Assembly (NCBI GenBank): GCA_017516465.1
Contig: JAFXCR010000011.1
Coordinates: 2,553 to 66,552 of the forward strand
Length of the DNA stretch: 64,000 nt
Direction: 5' to 3'
DNA from: Ruminococcus sp.
GTDB taxonomy: Bacteria; Bacillota; Clostridia; Oscillospirales; Ruminococcaceae
This document shows, one piece after another, positions 1 to 10,278 of this stretch. Under the pieces are notes generated by a model. That model was not told the DNA's origin. It ran no database searches and saw only the letters and a program-made list of their open reading frames with translations. Both the position numbers and the translations under genes were made by a program. Every line of letters begins with the position of its first letter. Within the stretch, counting starts at the first letter, position 1.

Positions 1-70
1 TTATTGAAGAATCCGATGCCGTTCAGCAGCTATACTGCTCTGGCGTGTGGATATCGGAAAGGAAAAGATA

Positions 71-808
71 ATGTCAAAAGTTATTGCTGTCACATCCGGT
101 AAAGGCGGAACAGGAAAGTCAACAGTCTGTGCTGGTCTTGGATATACCTTATCCAAACAGGGACACAGAACACTTATTATTGAGCTTGATTTTGGTCTCA
201 GATGTCTTGATATCATGTTTGGTATGCAGGATGAAATCAAATATGATCTCGGAGATGTTCTCAGTGGAGAGAAGCAGGTTCTTGAGGCGGTTTCACAGGT
301 TCCGATGTCATCAAACCTGAGTATTTTATGTGCTCCAAAGACTCTTACTACTGTTACTGCAAAACAGATAGTTGATATCTGCCGATCCATAAAGAAGTAT
401 TATGAATACATAATTATAGATACAGGTGCCGGAATTAATTCCCATGTATTTGATATTGTAGAGCAGGCGAATCTTATTCTTGTAGTATCAACTCCTGATC
501 AAGTCTGCATCAGAGATGCAAGTCTAATGTCTGACGAGTTCTATAAGAGAGGAAATAAGAGTCAGCGACTCCTTATTAATAAAATGAGTAAAAGGGTAAT
601 CGGAAATTCACTTATTGAAAACCTTGATGAGATAATTGACAAGGTAGGAGTTCAGCTTATAGGTGTAGTTCCGGATGATTTCCAGATGACTGTGGCAACA
701 GGAAGAGGAAATCCTATTCCTACTGATTCTGAAGCACTGAGAGCTTTTGATGCTATATCAAAGAGACTCGGTGGTGAATTTGTTCCGCTTACAATAAAAA
801 CTTCTTAA
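71..808 (+). CDS. minD: Septum site-determining ATPase MinD
   Basis: Deviant Walker A SGKGGTGKST, DFGLRCLD motif and IIDTGAG; start moved to ATG at 71 after RBS-like GGAAAAG. Confidence 0.9.
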   Translation: MSKVIAVTSGKGGTGKSTVCAGLGYTLSKQGHRTLIIELDFGLRCLDIMFGMQDEIKYDLGDVLSGEKQVLEAVSQVPMSSNLSILCAPKTLTTVTAKQIVDICRSIKKYYEYIIIDTGAGINSHVFDIVEQANLILVVSTPDQVCIRDASLMSDEFYKRGNKSQRLLINKMSKRVIGNSLIENLDEIIDKVGVQLIGVVPDDFQMTVATGRGNPIPTDSEALRAFDAISKRLGGEFVPLTIKTS

Positions 809-859
809 ACCAGAATATGTACCGCACATTTCCGAAAAGTGCGGAGAAAGGAACGATAA

Positions 860-1261
860 ATGAAGATAGCTATTATTGCACATGACTCAAAAAAAGAACT
901 TATGGTTCAGTTCTGCAGTGCTTACTGTGGAATCTTGTCAAAGCATAGCCTTCTCGCAACAAACACAACAGGAAAACAGGTTGGAGAAGCAACCGGACTG
1001 CCAATAAAGAAATATCTTAGCGGGCAGGGCGGAGCAGAGCAGATTATGGCACTTCTTTCCTGTAACGAAGTGGATGTGCTGCTTTTCTTCAGAGATCCTA
1101 TCAATCCCAAATCCTCTGATGTTCAGGGAATGAACCTCTTAAGACTGTGTGATGTTCACAATGTTCCGGTGGCAACAAATATCGCTACTGCTGAGGCACT
1201 TATCCTTGCTCTTGAAAGAGGCGATCTTGACTGGCGTGAGGTCGGAACACCGGGTATCTGA
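860..1261 (+). CDS. mgsA: Methylglyoxal synthase homolog with degenerate active site
   Basis: IAHDSKK, FFRDP and LLRLCDVHNVPVATN match the MgsA family; GGDQQI reads GGAEQI and PHEPD is absent. Confidence 0.85.
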   Translation: MKIAIIAHDSKKELMVQFCSAYCGILSKHSLLATNTTGKQVGEATGLPIKKYLSGQGGAEQIMALLSCNEVDVLLFFRDPINPKSSDVQGMNLLRLCDVHNVPVATNIATAEALILALERGDLDWREVGTPGI

Positions 1262-1266
1262 TGATT

Positions 1267-1291
1267 ATTGTCCCTCAAAAGGGACAATTTT
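1267..1291 (+). terminator. Intrinsic terminator after mgsA
   Basis: attgtccct-caaa-agggacaat followed by a T run. Confidence 0.7.
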
Positions 1292-1355
1292 CATGTAACA
1301 GTTTTTCGTATGGTGTAAAGAAAGATCCAATAAATAACAAGAAAGGCTGAAAAAT

Positions 1356-2696
1356 ATGGCTTTAAATATCAAGCGTCCGAATGGTACAGAGGATATTCTT
1401 CCGAAAAATGTACACAAATGGCATACCGTTGAGAAAATAGCACGGGAAACTGCGGAGGGTTTCGGATTTTCAGAAATAAGGATTCCTACCTTTGAAAATA
1501 CAGATTTGTTTATGCGTTCGGTAGGCGAAACTACGGACGTTGTGCAGAAGGAAATGTATACCGTAATGGCTAAGGAAACAAGATTTACTCTCCGTCCAGA
1601 GGGAACAGCCGGAACTATTCGTGCAATGCTCCAGAACGGACTTCTCAACGAGGCACTTCCTCAGAGAGTTTACTATATACTTTCATGCTTCCGTCACGAA
1701 AGACCTCAAGCAGGCAGACTTCGTGAGTTCCACCAGTTTGGTCTTGAAATGGCAGGAAGCTCATCTCCGGCGGCAGATGCAGAGGTTATTTCTCTTGCAA
1801 AGACAATTCTTGACAGACTTGAAATAAAGAATATAGAGCTTTACATCAATTCTATCGGATGTCCAGAATGCCGTGCGAAGTATCATCAGGCACTGAGAAG
1901 CTATTTTGACGCGAGAAAGGATGAGCTTTGCGATACCTGTTGTGACAGACTTGAAAAGAATCCGATGAGAATCCTTGACTGCAAAAGCCCTATATGTCAG
2001 GAAATAGGCAAGGACGCTCCTATGATTCTCGATTATCTCTGTGACGAATGCAGCGATCATTTTGAAAAGCTGAAAAAGTATCTCACAAATCTGGGAATAG
2101 AATACAAGGTTAATCCGAAGATTGTAAGAGGTCTTGATTACTATACGAAGACGGTTTTTGAATTTGTAACAACTGAAATCGGTGCTCAGGGAACGGTCTG
2201 CGGCGGAGGACGCTATGACGGACTTATCGAACAGCTTGGCGGGCAGCATATTCCGGCACTCGGCTTCGCAATGGGTATCGAAAGACTTCTGCTTGTGATG
2301 GATAAGCAGAACTGTCGATTCCTTACACCAAAAAAGTGCGATATTTATTTTGCAACAATGGGAGAAGCTGCTGTTGAAAAGGCAATGGAGCTTTCAAAGC
2401 AGCTCCGGGAATACGGATTCTTTGCAGAGTATGATCTCATGAACAGGGGAATAAAGGCTCAGATGAAGTATGCAAACAAAACGGGAGCTATATTTACAGT
2501 AGTTCTTGGTGACAATGAGCTTGCCGAAGGAAAAGCAAAGCTTAAGGATATGGAAACAGGCGAAGAAAAGGAAATCCTTCTTAACGATAAGTTTTCAGGT
2601 AATTTTGACGCCGTTTATTTTGATAAGATGATGGACAGCATTGAGGACGCTGAAACTGTAAATGCTTTCCAAAATTTAGTTGAGGAGAAAAAGTGA
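1356..2696 (+). CDS. hisS: Histidyl-tRNA synthetase
   Basis: LRPEGTA, FRHERPQAGRLREFHQFG, RGLDYY and GGGRYDGL motifs. Confidence 0.97.
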   Translation: MALNIKRPNGTEDILPKNVHKWHTVEKIARETAEGFGFSEIRIPTFENTDLFMRSVGETTDVVQKEMYTVMAKETRFTLRPEGTAGTIRAMLQNGLLNEALPQRVYYILSCFRHERPQAGRLREFHQFGLEMAGSSSPAADAEVISLAKTILDRLEIKNIELYINSIGCPECRAKYHQALRSYFDARKDELCDTCCDRLEKNPMRILDCKSPICQEIGKDAPMILDYLCDECSDHFEKLKKYLTNLGIEYKVNPKIVRGLDYYTKTVFEFVTTEIGAQGTVCGGGRYDGLIEQLGGQHIPALGFAMGIERLLLVMDKQNCRFLTPKKCDIYFATMGEAAVEKAMELSKQLREYGFFAEYDLMNRGIKAQMKYANKTGAIFTVVLGDNELAEGKAKLKDMETGEEKEILLNDKFSGNFDAVYFDKMMDSIEDAETVNAFQNLVEEKK

Positions 2697-2697
2697 T

Positions 2698-4482
2698 ATG
2701 GCTGATACAATGAAAGGCTTGAAACGTACAGATTACTGCGGCGACGTAACAGAAATTGGAAAAGAAGTCGTTGTCGGTGGTTTTGTAGACAGAATCAGAA
2801 ACAAGGGCGGAGTTATATTTATTGTTCTCAGAGACAGAACAGGTGTAGTTCAGCTTCTTTTCAATGATGAGTCAGATAAGGAAATTTTTGATAAAGCAGC
2901 ATCATGTCATAGTGAATACGTTCTTATGGCGAAGGGCATTGTTCGTGAGCGTGAAAGCAAGAATGACAAGCTTAAAACCGGTCATGCAGAGATTTTTGTT
3001 ACTGATCTCAGAATTCTTTCAAAGGCACAGACAACTCCCTTTGAGATTACAAGCGAAACAAAGGTAAACGAGGAGCTTCGTCTGAAATATCGTTACCTTG
3101 ATCTGAGAAGAGGTCCGCTTCAGCAGAATATCATCATGCGTCATGAGCTTGCAAAGGTGACAAGAGAGTATTTCTATGAGAACGGATTTTTAGAGATCGA
3201 AACTCCTATGATGATGAAATCAACTCCGGAGGGAGCAAGAGACTACCTTATTCCTTCAAGAGTTCATCAGGGAAAGTTCTATGCACTTCCGCAGTCACCA
3301 CAGATCTATAAGCAGCTTCTTATGATTGCCGGATATGACAGATATATCCAGCTTGCAAGATGCTTCCGTGACGAGGATCTCCGTGCAGACAGACAGCCGG
3401 AGTTCACACAGATCGACCTTGAAATGTCCTTTGTAGATGCTGAGGATATCCAGCAGTGTGTTGAAGGCTTTGTTCAACGTGTGTTTAAGGAGCTTATGAA
3501 TGTTGATATTCCGACACCGCTGCCGCGTTTTACATTTGCTGATGTGATGAACCGTTACGGTACTGATAAGCCGGATACACGTTTCGGATTTGAAATTCAG
3601 GATATTACCGATACTGTAAAGGATATAGATTTTGTAGTATTCAGAAATGCAATCGAAGAGGGTGGTTCTGTTCGTGCGATCAATGTAAAGAACGGTGCTT
3701 CTACATATACAAGAAAAGAAATTGATAAGCTTATCGACCATGCAAAGGGCATCGGTGCAAAGGGACTTGCCTACATCCGCTGGGCAGACGAACCCAATTG
3801 CTCTTTCAAGAAGTTCCTGAAAGATGGCGAGCTTGAAGCTGTATGCAGTGCAGTTGGTGCTGAAAACGGCGACCTTGTTCTTATCTGTGCTGACAAGACA
3901 AAGACAGTTCTGTCAACTCTTGGAGCAATCCGTCTTATCTGCGGAAAGCGTCTTGAGGTTATTCCTGAGGATAAGTATAACTTCCTGTGGATAACAGAAA
4001 TGCCATTCTTTGAGTACGATGAAGAAAATGATACATGGGTTGCAGCACATCATCCGTTTACAATGCCGATGGATGAATGTATTGAATATCTTGACACCGA
4101 TCCCGGAAATGTCCGTGCAAAGGCATGGGATCTTGTTCTCAACGGAGTCGAGCTTTCAAGCGGATCAATCCGAATCACCGATTTTGAGCTTCAGCAGAGG
4201 ATGTTCGAGGCTCTGGGAATGACAGAAGAAGAAATACAGGCTAAATTTGGATTCCTTGTAGACGCTTACCGCTATGCTTCACCGCCTCACGGAGGAATGG
4301 GTATCGGACTTGATCGTCTTGCCATGATTCTGTGCAAGGCAGACAGCCTTAAGGATGTTACAGCGTTCCCGAAGGTGCAGAATGCAAGTGAGCTTATGTC
4401 AGAGTGTCCGTCGCCAGTTGACGCTGAGAATCTTGAAGTTCTCGGAATAAGAGTTGTAAAATCGGAGAACGATACGGAATAA
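2698..4482 (+). CDS. aspS: Aspartyl-tRNA synthetase
   Basis: LKYRYLDLRR, STPEGARDY, LPQSPQ, FRDEDLRADRQPEFTQIDLE and PPHGGMGIGLDR; start MADTM at 2698. Confidence 0.97.
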   Translation: MADTMKGLKRTDYCGDVTEIGKEVVVGGFVDRIRNKGGVIFIVLRDRTGVVQLLFNDESDKEIFDKAASCHSEYVLMAKGIVRERESKNDKLKTGHAEIFVTDLRILSKAQTTPFEITSETKVNEELRLKYRYLDLRRGPLQQNIIMRHELAKVTREYFYENGFLEIETPMMMKSTPEGARDYLIPSRVHQGKFYALPQSPQIYKQLLMIAGYDRYIQLARCFRDEDLRADRQPEFTQIDLEMSFVDAEDIQQCVEGFVQRVFKELMNVDIPTPLPRFTFADVMNRYGTDKPDTRFGFEIQDITDTVKDIDFVVFRNAIEEGGSVRAINVKNGASTYTRKEIDKLIDHAKGIGAKGLAYIRWADEPNCSFKKFLKDGELEAVCSAVGAENGDLVLICADKTKTVLSTLGAIRLICGKRLEVIPEDKYNFLWITEMPFFEYDEENDTWVAAHHPFTMPMDECIEYLDTDPGNVRAKAWDLVLNGVELSSGSIRITDFELQQRMFEALGMTEEEIQAKFGFLVDAYRYASPPHGGMGIGLDRLAMILCKADSLKDVTAFPKVQNASELMSECPSPVDAENLEVLGIRVVKSENDTE

Positions 4483-4516
4483 TATCACGATTTGATTATC
4501 TGATCAGAATTATTCA

Positions 4517-4546
4517 GGGGAACTGTCAGCATGATGGTTCCCTTTA
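4517..4546 (+). terminator. Intrinsic terminator after aspS
   Basis: gggaac...gttccc stem followed by ttt. Confidence 0.6.
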
Positions 4547-4664
4547 TGATTTATCTGTAAAATCGGGAAATATTTGCTGTGAAATTATGTTGTATCGCTA
4601 TTGACATAACTATATATTTATGGTAAAATATTAATAATTGATATAAAAACGGAGGTCTGCTTAA

Positions 4665-5318
4665 ATGGCAAAAAATAAAAACAGCGGAAATAAAAAGGAT
4701 GCAGTTAACGTTAATACGGCTGCCGATAATAAATCAGTATCAACTGAAGCAGTGGAATCTTCGGGTGTGAAGAAGGTTCTGAAAAGTGACAGTTTTATAG
4801 AATGGCTTGCTGTGATTCTGCTTATACTCATTCTTGCACTGATTACAGTTTTAGCTATTGGTTCACCAAAGCGCAGTGTAAAAAAGTTTGCCAAGGCTCT
4901 TACTAAGGAAAATGGCGCAAAGTCATATTTTGCAATGGTTTATCCGGATGAATTCATTGATAATATCAAGAGCAAGGAATATACTGATAAGCACGCGAGT
5001 GTGACAAGCTGGGATGATGAGCTGTCCAATTACAAGGCTGCAAAGAAGGAAGAATTCAACAGCGGTAAGCTTAAGGTTAAAAAGATCGAAAAGGTCTCAC
5101 GACTCAGCACCGACGGAGTAAATGCGGCTTCAAATTATTTTAAAACGAAATTCACAGTAAATAACTATCATTGTACAAGAGGCTATGAGTATAAAATTAC
5201 CTTTGATAAAGAGGGAAACGATTCTACGCAAGCATATAATGTGTGTGTCGTAAAGCTGAAAACTGATGGCTGGAAGATCATTGAAATGGATGAAGAACGT
5301 CTCATTGATGAGTATTGA
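4665..5318 (+). CDS. Hypothetical membrane-anchored protein (one TM helix, Lys-rich extracellular domain)
   Basis: GGAGG RBS, 217-aa ORF, hydrophobic segment WLAVILLILILALITVLAIG, own terminator. Confidence 0.8.
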   Translation: MAKNKNSGNKKDAVNVNTAADNKSVSTEAVESSGVKKVLKSDSFIEWLAVILLILILALITVLAIGSPKRSVKKFAKALTKENGAKSYFAMVYPDEFIDNIKSKEYTDKHASVTSWDDELSNYKAAKKEEFNSGKLKVKKIEKVSRLSTDGVNAASNYFKTKFTVNNYHCTRGYEYKITFDKEGNDSTQAYNVCVVKLKTDGWKIIEMDEERLIDEY

Positions 5319-5326
5319 TTTATTTG

Positions 5327-5357
5327 AAATCCGGAGAAAAAATCTCCGGATTTTTTA
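5327..5357 (+). terminator. Intrinsic terminator
   Basis: aaatccggaga-aaaaa-tctccggattt plus T tract. Confidence 0.8.
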
Positions 5358-5650
5358 TTATATACAAAGAGTTTATTTTGTTTGAAATATAAATAAGAAT
5401 GTACGGAAATTTTAACAAACAAGGTACCGCTGCTTTGTTAAAAACGCTGATTTTTAATAAATGTATCTATAAATGTTTGAAATTTAATAAATATGTGTTA
5501 TAATATATTTGTAAGAAATCTAATAGATTTACAATTGAAGACGGGGTTATTATTAAGGATTTACTACGTGGGGATTGCTTAGAAAACGTGAATTAATGAT
5601 AAGGGATTTGTGTGGTGCCGCCTTAAGTATAAAAAGGAGTTGTATAAAAA

Positions 5651-6871
5651 ATGGAAAAAAGAGGTATCAGCAAGCTTGACCTGAAAAGAAGAAACAGAAT
5701 GCAGATTCTTCGCGTAATAAGAGAATCAGGTCCTATTTCAAGAGTGGATGTAGCAAGTGCCCTTGAAATTACGAGAGCTGCAGTAACAATCATTACCAAT
5801 GAGATGATTGAGGAAGGTGTTCTCGTGGAGATCGGTGAGGCTCCGGTCAATACTGAGAAGCTTCAGAAGGGCAGAAGAAAGATTCTTATTGATATCAACG
5901 TAAACAGCCGCTTTGCACTGGGTGCAACAGTTGATGAAAAGGAAGTAAGCGTTGGACTTACAAATCTTAATTCTGAGATACTTGACAAGTCAAGCATGAT
6001 AATTGATGAAAGAACCACAAGCAAGGATATTATAAATTACATAATCAAAACGAGCAATGAAATGGTTGAAAACAGCTGTCTTACCAAGGAGAATGTTCTT
6101 GGTCTGGGCGTCGGAGTTGTTCCTTCAATGTGGGGCAAGCTCAAAATCTTTTATAAGGACGGTGTTCTTGATTTCACTAATTTCATCGATAAGCTTTCAG
6201 GCGGTCTTGATTTTGATATCCATTGCGGAAATGCAATCGGACTTATGGCACTGGCAAGCAACGATTACCGTATCCATAACGGCTATCAGACCAATACTGC
6301 CTTTGTTCATAACGGAAATCAGGTGAATCTCGCTATTGTCAATAAAAACGAGCTTTCAAGCGATTATTATTCATATACATCAATGATTGAAAAATACATC
6401 GTATGTCCGAACGGAAGACAGTATGAGGGTTATCCTAATGGTTCGGTAAAGGCAGAGCTTTCAAGAACAGCGATGCTCAATGCGATTTATGAGGTTTATT
6501 CAAAGGATAAGACACCTGTTCTTTATGAGCTGACCGAAGGCGACAGATGCAATATCACAACAGATAATGTTTTCATGTCTGTCATGAGAGGCGAGGAGCC
6601 TATCAAATCTCTTGTTGACGATATTATTGCGAAGTATACTGTTCTGCTGAATAACCTTGCAATCAGCCACTTTGCAAAGAAAATTGTTCTCCACAATTTC
6701 AAGCTCAATGAAAAGCAGTTTGATTATATCAAGAGAGAAATGATAAGACTGGTGAGCGAGGATATTGCAGACAGAATAGTACTCAGCAAGCTGGATGGAA
6801 AGAATAACTTCCTTGGTGGATGTTCTCTTATTATTCAAGATAATTTCTTCACCAAGGGTGGAATGCACTAA
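5651..6871 (+). CDS. ROK-family (XylR/NagC-like) transcriptional regulator with divergent ROK domain
   Basis: N-terminal HTH NRMQILRVIRESGPISRVDVASALEITRAAVT, GRRKILI linker, ROK-like fold; Zn-binding Cys motif absent. Confidence 0.85.
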   Translation: MEKRGISKLDLKRRNRMQILRVIRESGPISRVDVASALEITRAAVTIITNEMIEEGVLVEIGEAPVNTEKLQKGRRKILIDINVNSRFALGATVDEKEVSVGLTNLNSEILDKSSMIIDERTTSKDIINYIIKTSNEMVENSCLTKENVLGLGVGVVPSMWGKLKIFYKDGVLDFTNFIDKLSGGLDFDIHCGNAIGLMALASNDYRIHNGYQTNTAFVHNGNQVNLAIVNKNELSSDYYSYTSMIEKYIVCPNGRQYEGYPNGSVKAELSRTAMLNAIYEVYSKDKTPVLYELTEGDRCNITTDNVFMSVMRGEEPIKSLVDDIIAKYTVLLNNLAISHFAKKIVLHNFKLNEKQFDYIKREMIRLVSEDIADRIVLSKLDGKNNFLGGCSLIIQDNFFTKGGMH

Positions 6872-6922
6872 ACTCTGTTTACATTGAAATCTGATATGCT
6901 TATTTCTGAATAGAATATGCAG

Positions 6923-6960
6923 AACGTCCCCGAACCTCAGGATCGGGGACGTTGATTTTT
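6923..6960. terminator. Terminator between convergent genes
   Basis: aacgtccccga...tcggggacgtt stem followed by gattttt. Confidence 0.75.
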
Positions 6961-7380
6961 TCAGCAAAGCTTTATAGGTGACTTGGGTTCAAAATTTGTT
7001 GCCATGGTCCATGTTACAGCGGAGCAGTTTTTCATAACGAATACCTGTAAAAGTCCGTCAATTCCATGTTCCTTCCATGCCTGAAGAAACTTTCTTGTCG
7101 GATGTGCAAATATTTCCTCACGGAGTGAAGAATTCTCATTAAGCTCAAGTATACCGGTTATTCTGATCTGTACCTCACCGCAGGAAAAACACATTTCTGC
7201 TTTGGGATTAGCCATAATCTGACGATATAAATCTTTTGTTGAGGCAGTATGGAATACGATACCGTTTTCGTCAGCACGGAATAGCAGCATCCCCCTTACA
7301 CGAGGCTGATCGCCGTCCGTAGTAGCAAGGTGGAAAGCGGGATTCTGGCTGATAAGTTCAAAAATTTCATTGGCTGTCAT
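6961..7380 (-). CDS. Pyridoxamine 5'-phosphate oxidase-like FMN-binding protein
   Basis: LATTDGDQPRVRGM and KDLYRQIMANPKAEMCF; start chosen from AAAGGA spacing. Confidence 0.8.
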   Translation of the reverse strand: MTANEIFELISQNPAFHLATTDGDQPRVRGMLLFRADENGIVFHTASTKDLYRQIMANPKAEMCFSCGEVQIRITGILELNENSSLREEIFAHPTRKFLQAWKEHGIDGLLQVFVMKNCSAVTWTMATNFEPKSPIKLC

Positions 7381-7471
7381 TATTATCATCCTTTCTGATA
7401 TGATAATAATATTATAATCTTTTTATGATGAAAATAATATAAAAATACCGTCACTGTTTTTCATTATACTG

Positions 7472-8317
7472 TCATTCCATGTAAAGACTGCGGTATTCTC
7501 TGGGAGTATGTCCTGTTCTCTGCTGAAAGCAGGAAGCAAAATGTGCACTGCTGTTGAAACCGCAGCGGAGTGCTATCTCTGTGATGGGGAGATTTTTTCT
7601 GCGGAGCATGATTTTAGCATGATTGATCCGGACTTCAATGAGGTATTCTATCGGAGTTTTTCCGGTTTCCTTCTTAAAACGCCGGTTGAAGGTAGATTCG
7701 GACATACTTCCGAGCCTTGCGAGTACAGAAACAGTAATGTTGCTTCCGTAATGTAGTTCCATATAATGCTGAGCTTTTGCAACGGAGTAATCATCCGAGA
7801 TGGCACGCATATCCATTGTTTCGCCGAGAACACTTCGTATTATCCAGTGAGTAATTATTTCAGACTGTGCATTGAGTGTAATATCAGAATTCATCATTGA
7901 TTTTCCCGACTCAAATGCGAAAGTATTGAGAGCCTTCAGAATATCGCTGCATATTTCAAAACGAAAGGCTCTGAACACAGGCACTTCAGAGGAATAGAGG
8001 GTGTAACGTTTTTCAAAGAAGTCAGCAGCAATCGTAAGACAGTAATAATGATATTTTCCTTCAGCTTTTCCGGCGATATAGGGGGACATGATTTCTGCAT
8101 TGTAGTGAAATTCATCAGATGCAGAGCCTGAAAAGCTGATAAGTATCATATATGACGGACGTTTTCCTGCAATTATAAGAGGATATCCGCAAGCTGATTC
8201 GGCGGGGATGAATAATCCCATTTGCGGTCTGAGATAGCAGTCGATATGCTCAAGCTCCTTGTCGGAAATGCTTCTGTCAATGAGATCGGTCAAGGTATCA
8301 TGGGATTTATTTTTCAT
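7472..8317 (-). CDS. AraC-family transcriptional regulator
   Basis: C-terminal double HTH (STFNRRFKKETGKTPIEYL, IALRCGFNSSAHFASCF); GGAGG RBS before MKNKS. Confidence 0.9.
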   Translation of the reverse strand: MKNKSHDTLTDLIDRSISDKELEHIDCYLRPQMGLFIPAESACGYPLIIAGKRPSYMILISFSGSASDEFHYNAEIMSPYIAGKAEGKYHYYCLTIAADFFEKRYTLYSSEVPVFRAFRFEICSDILKALNTFAFESGKSMMNSDITLNAQSEIITHWIIRSVLGETMDMRAISDDYSVAKAQHYMELHYGSNITVSVLARLGSMSESTFNRRFKKETGKTPIEYLIEVRINHAKIMLRRKNLPITEIALRCGFNSSAHFASCFQQRTGHTPREYRSLYME

Positions 8318-8840
8318 GAGTTTTTCCTCCTGACAGGGAGATATGGTCATTCTTTCTATTTTCAGTAATTTTTCTATGGATAAATATTATCGCAACGGAA
8401 GCAAGCATTCCTGCCAGAGCACCTGATGTATCAATCATCATATCACGAAATTCGCAGGAGCGTCCGGGAACGAATGACTGATGAATTTCATCGGAGACTG
8501 CATAAAGAAAGCAGAAAAGCATAACGCCTGCGGATGCTGTACTGAAAAGTCTGCGGCGTCCGACCGACATTGAAATGAGGAATCCCAGCATGGCGAACAA
8601 TGAAAAATGAGCAGATTTGCGTATAATGAAGGATGCTTTATCCAATATTGATAATTGCTTTTTCTCTGGCAGATCATCGAAATCATCAACAGCTATGTTA
8701 ACGGCAGTTTTAGTAAATTTCATGCTGGTTTCTGATGATTCATCTGAATTTTCAAGTGAAAAGCAGAATATTGCAGCCATACATATTACTGAAAGAAGTG
8801 AGAAAATAATTCTTGATGGATATAAAAAACGGGATTTCAT
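8307..8840 (-). CDS. VanZ-family membrane protein
   Basis: IRKSAHFSLFAMLG and YAVSDEIHQSFVPGRSCEFRDMMIDTSG. Confidence 0.88.
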   Translation of the reverse strand: MKSRFLYPSRIIFSLLSVICMAAIFCFSLENSDESSETSMKFTKTAVNIAVDDFDDLPEKKQLSILDKASFIIRKSAHFSLFAMLGFLISMSVGRRRLFSTASAGVMLFCFLYAVSDEIHQSFVPGRSCEFRDMMIDTSGALAGMLASVAIIFIHRKITENRKNDHISLSGGKTHEK

Positions 8841-9047
8841 GTAAAAATATCCTTTCATTTTAATTGAATACTGATATAATTATACTCTATGTACTCTGAT
8901 TTGTAAAGCGGATAAAATAAAAGTTCGAGAATTTTTATAAAATTTTCCATAAATACTTGTATACTAAATAAAAAAATGGTATAATAGAAATGTTAAGGTG
9001 TTGCCTTAAGTATTAATAGCCAAATCTGATTTCAATCGGAGGTAAAA

Positions 9048-10277
9048 ATGAAGAATTTTTTTGATAATATCTGGACTAAAAGAGTGGTTTCTCTTTTAAG
9101 TCTGCTATATGCGTTCTGCGTCTGTCATTTATGCTATTTGTCGTTGTTTTATGATATACATATTCACGCCAGAGTTTCATTATGTCTTATAACAATAGCG
9201 ATATCAATTGTTGCCATTGTAATAATGTTGTATACGCGTAAACAGATTGTAACGAAGATAACGAGTTTTATAATCCTTCCCGCTATGCTGCCGGTAGTTC
9301 TTTTGTATTTCGGAGAATGGGGACTTATTCTTCCGATAATCCTGACCGGAGTAGCGATATTGCTTTTGTCGGGGGCAGGCGAGGGACTTAAAACTGCTCT
9401 CGGAACAGTTACACTTCTTCTCTATATATTCGGTGCTCTCGGATATTTTATCTTCACATCTTTTTTCATTACTCCCGTAGAGGAAAATGTAGTGTTAAAG
9501 GGTGTTTCTCCATCGGGAAAATACCGATATCGTGTAGTTAATACAACAGACAGCTCCAATGGAAGCACAGCAGTATATATTGAGCCGAACTATGCAGATA
9601 TCAAGACCTCGTACATGACATTTACACTTAAGAATATGGAACGTCAGATCCATGTTGAACGACCGGTAAACAAAAATATAACAATGGACTGGATAACTCA
9701 GAGCAGAGCTGAAACAACAGATCAGCTTAATCAGATATCTGATAATATTCTTATCAGTCTGAGCGAGGAAAACCTTAGAAAATTTGGTTACACATATGAT
9801 GAAAAGCTTGTTCTTGGTGAATGTGTTGTATCATACAGAAAGAAGATTGGTCAGACGGCTTCTGACGTTGATCCGGTGAAGCTTGATACGCTTACTGACG
9901 AACAGCTTGAGATATTCGGAATAGGCAGAGAATCTGGGAACAGATATTATGTACTCAGACCATCAGAAAAGCTTCTTGATGAACTTGATATTAAAAAAGC
10001 AAAAAGAGCATATTTCAGTGATTTCACTGCTAAGGCGTATGAGATATTCAACGACGAGCATTTTGATAATTACGGAAATAAGCTTTTTACCGTTGAAAAA
10101 GAAACAACGATACCGCTGAATTCATTGACAGACGAGCAGCTGAAAGCTGTTGGTGTTCCGGATGAAGGCGATGTCATGCTGTTCAACGGAAAAATCTGTT
10201 TCCGTGAATATGTAGCTATCGTGGAAAATTATTTCGATGTAGAATCAAGAAAAATTTCACTTGACATATTGAATTAA
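9048..10277 (+). CDS. Hypothetical membrane protein (about 5 TM helices plus a soluble domain with internal repeats)
   Basis: GGAGG RBS, 409-aa ORF, hydrophobic N-terminal third. Confidence 0.8.
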   Translation: MKNFFDNIWTKRVVSLLSLLYAFCVCHLCYLSLFYDIHIHARVSLCLITIAISIVAIVIMLYTRKQIVTKITSFIILPAMLPVVLLYFGEWGLILPIILTGVAILLLSGAGEGLKTALGTVTLLLYIFGALGYFIFTSFFITPVEENVVLKGVSPSGKYRYRVVNTTDSSNGSTAVYIEPNYADIKTSYMTFTLKNMERQIHVERPVNKNITMDWITQSRAETTDQLNQISDNILISLSEENLRKFGYTYDEKLVLGECVVSYRKKIGQTASDVDPVKLDTLTDEQLEIFGIGRESGNRYYVLRPSEKLLDELDIKKAKRAYFSDFTAKAYEIFNDEHFDNYGNKLFTVEKETTIPLNSLTDEQLKAVGVPDEGDVMLFNGKICFREYVAIVENYFDVESRKISLDILN

Positions 10278-10278
10278 A

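Noticed and set aside
1262-1355. T-box leader for hisS-aspS
   Set aside because: Only ~95 bp including the mgsA terminator; no T-box consensus sequence
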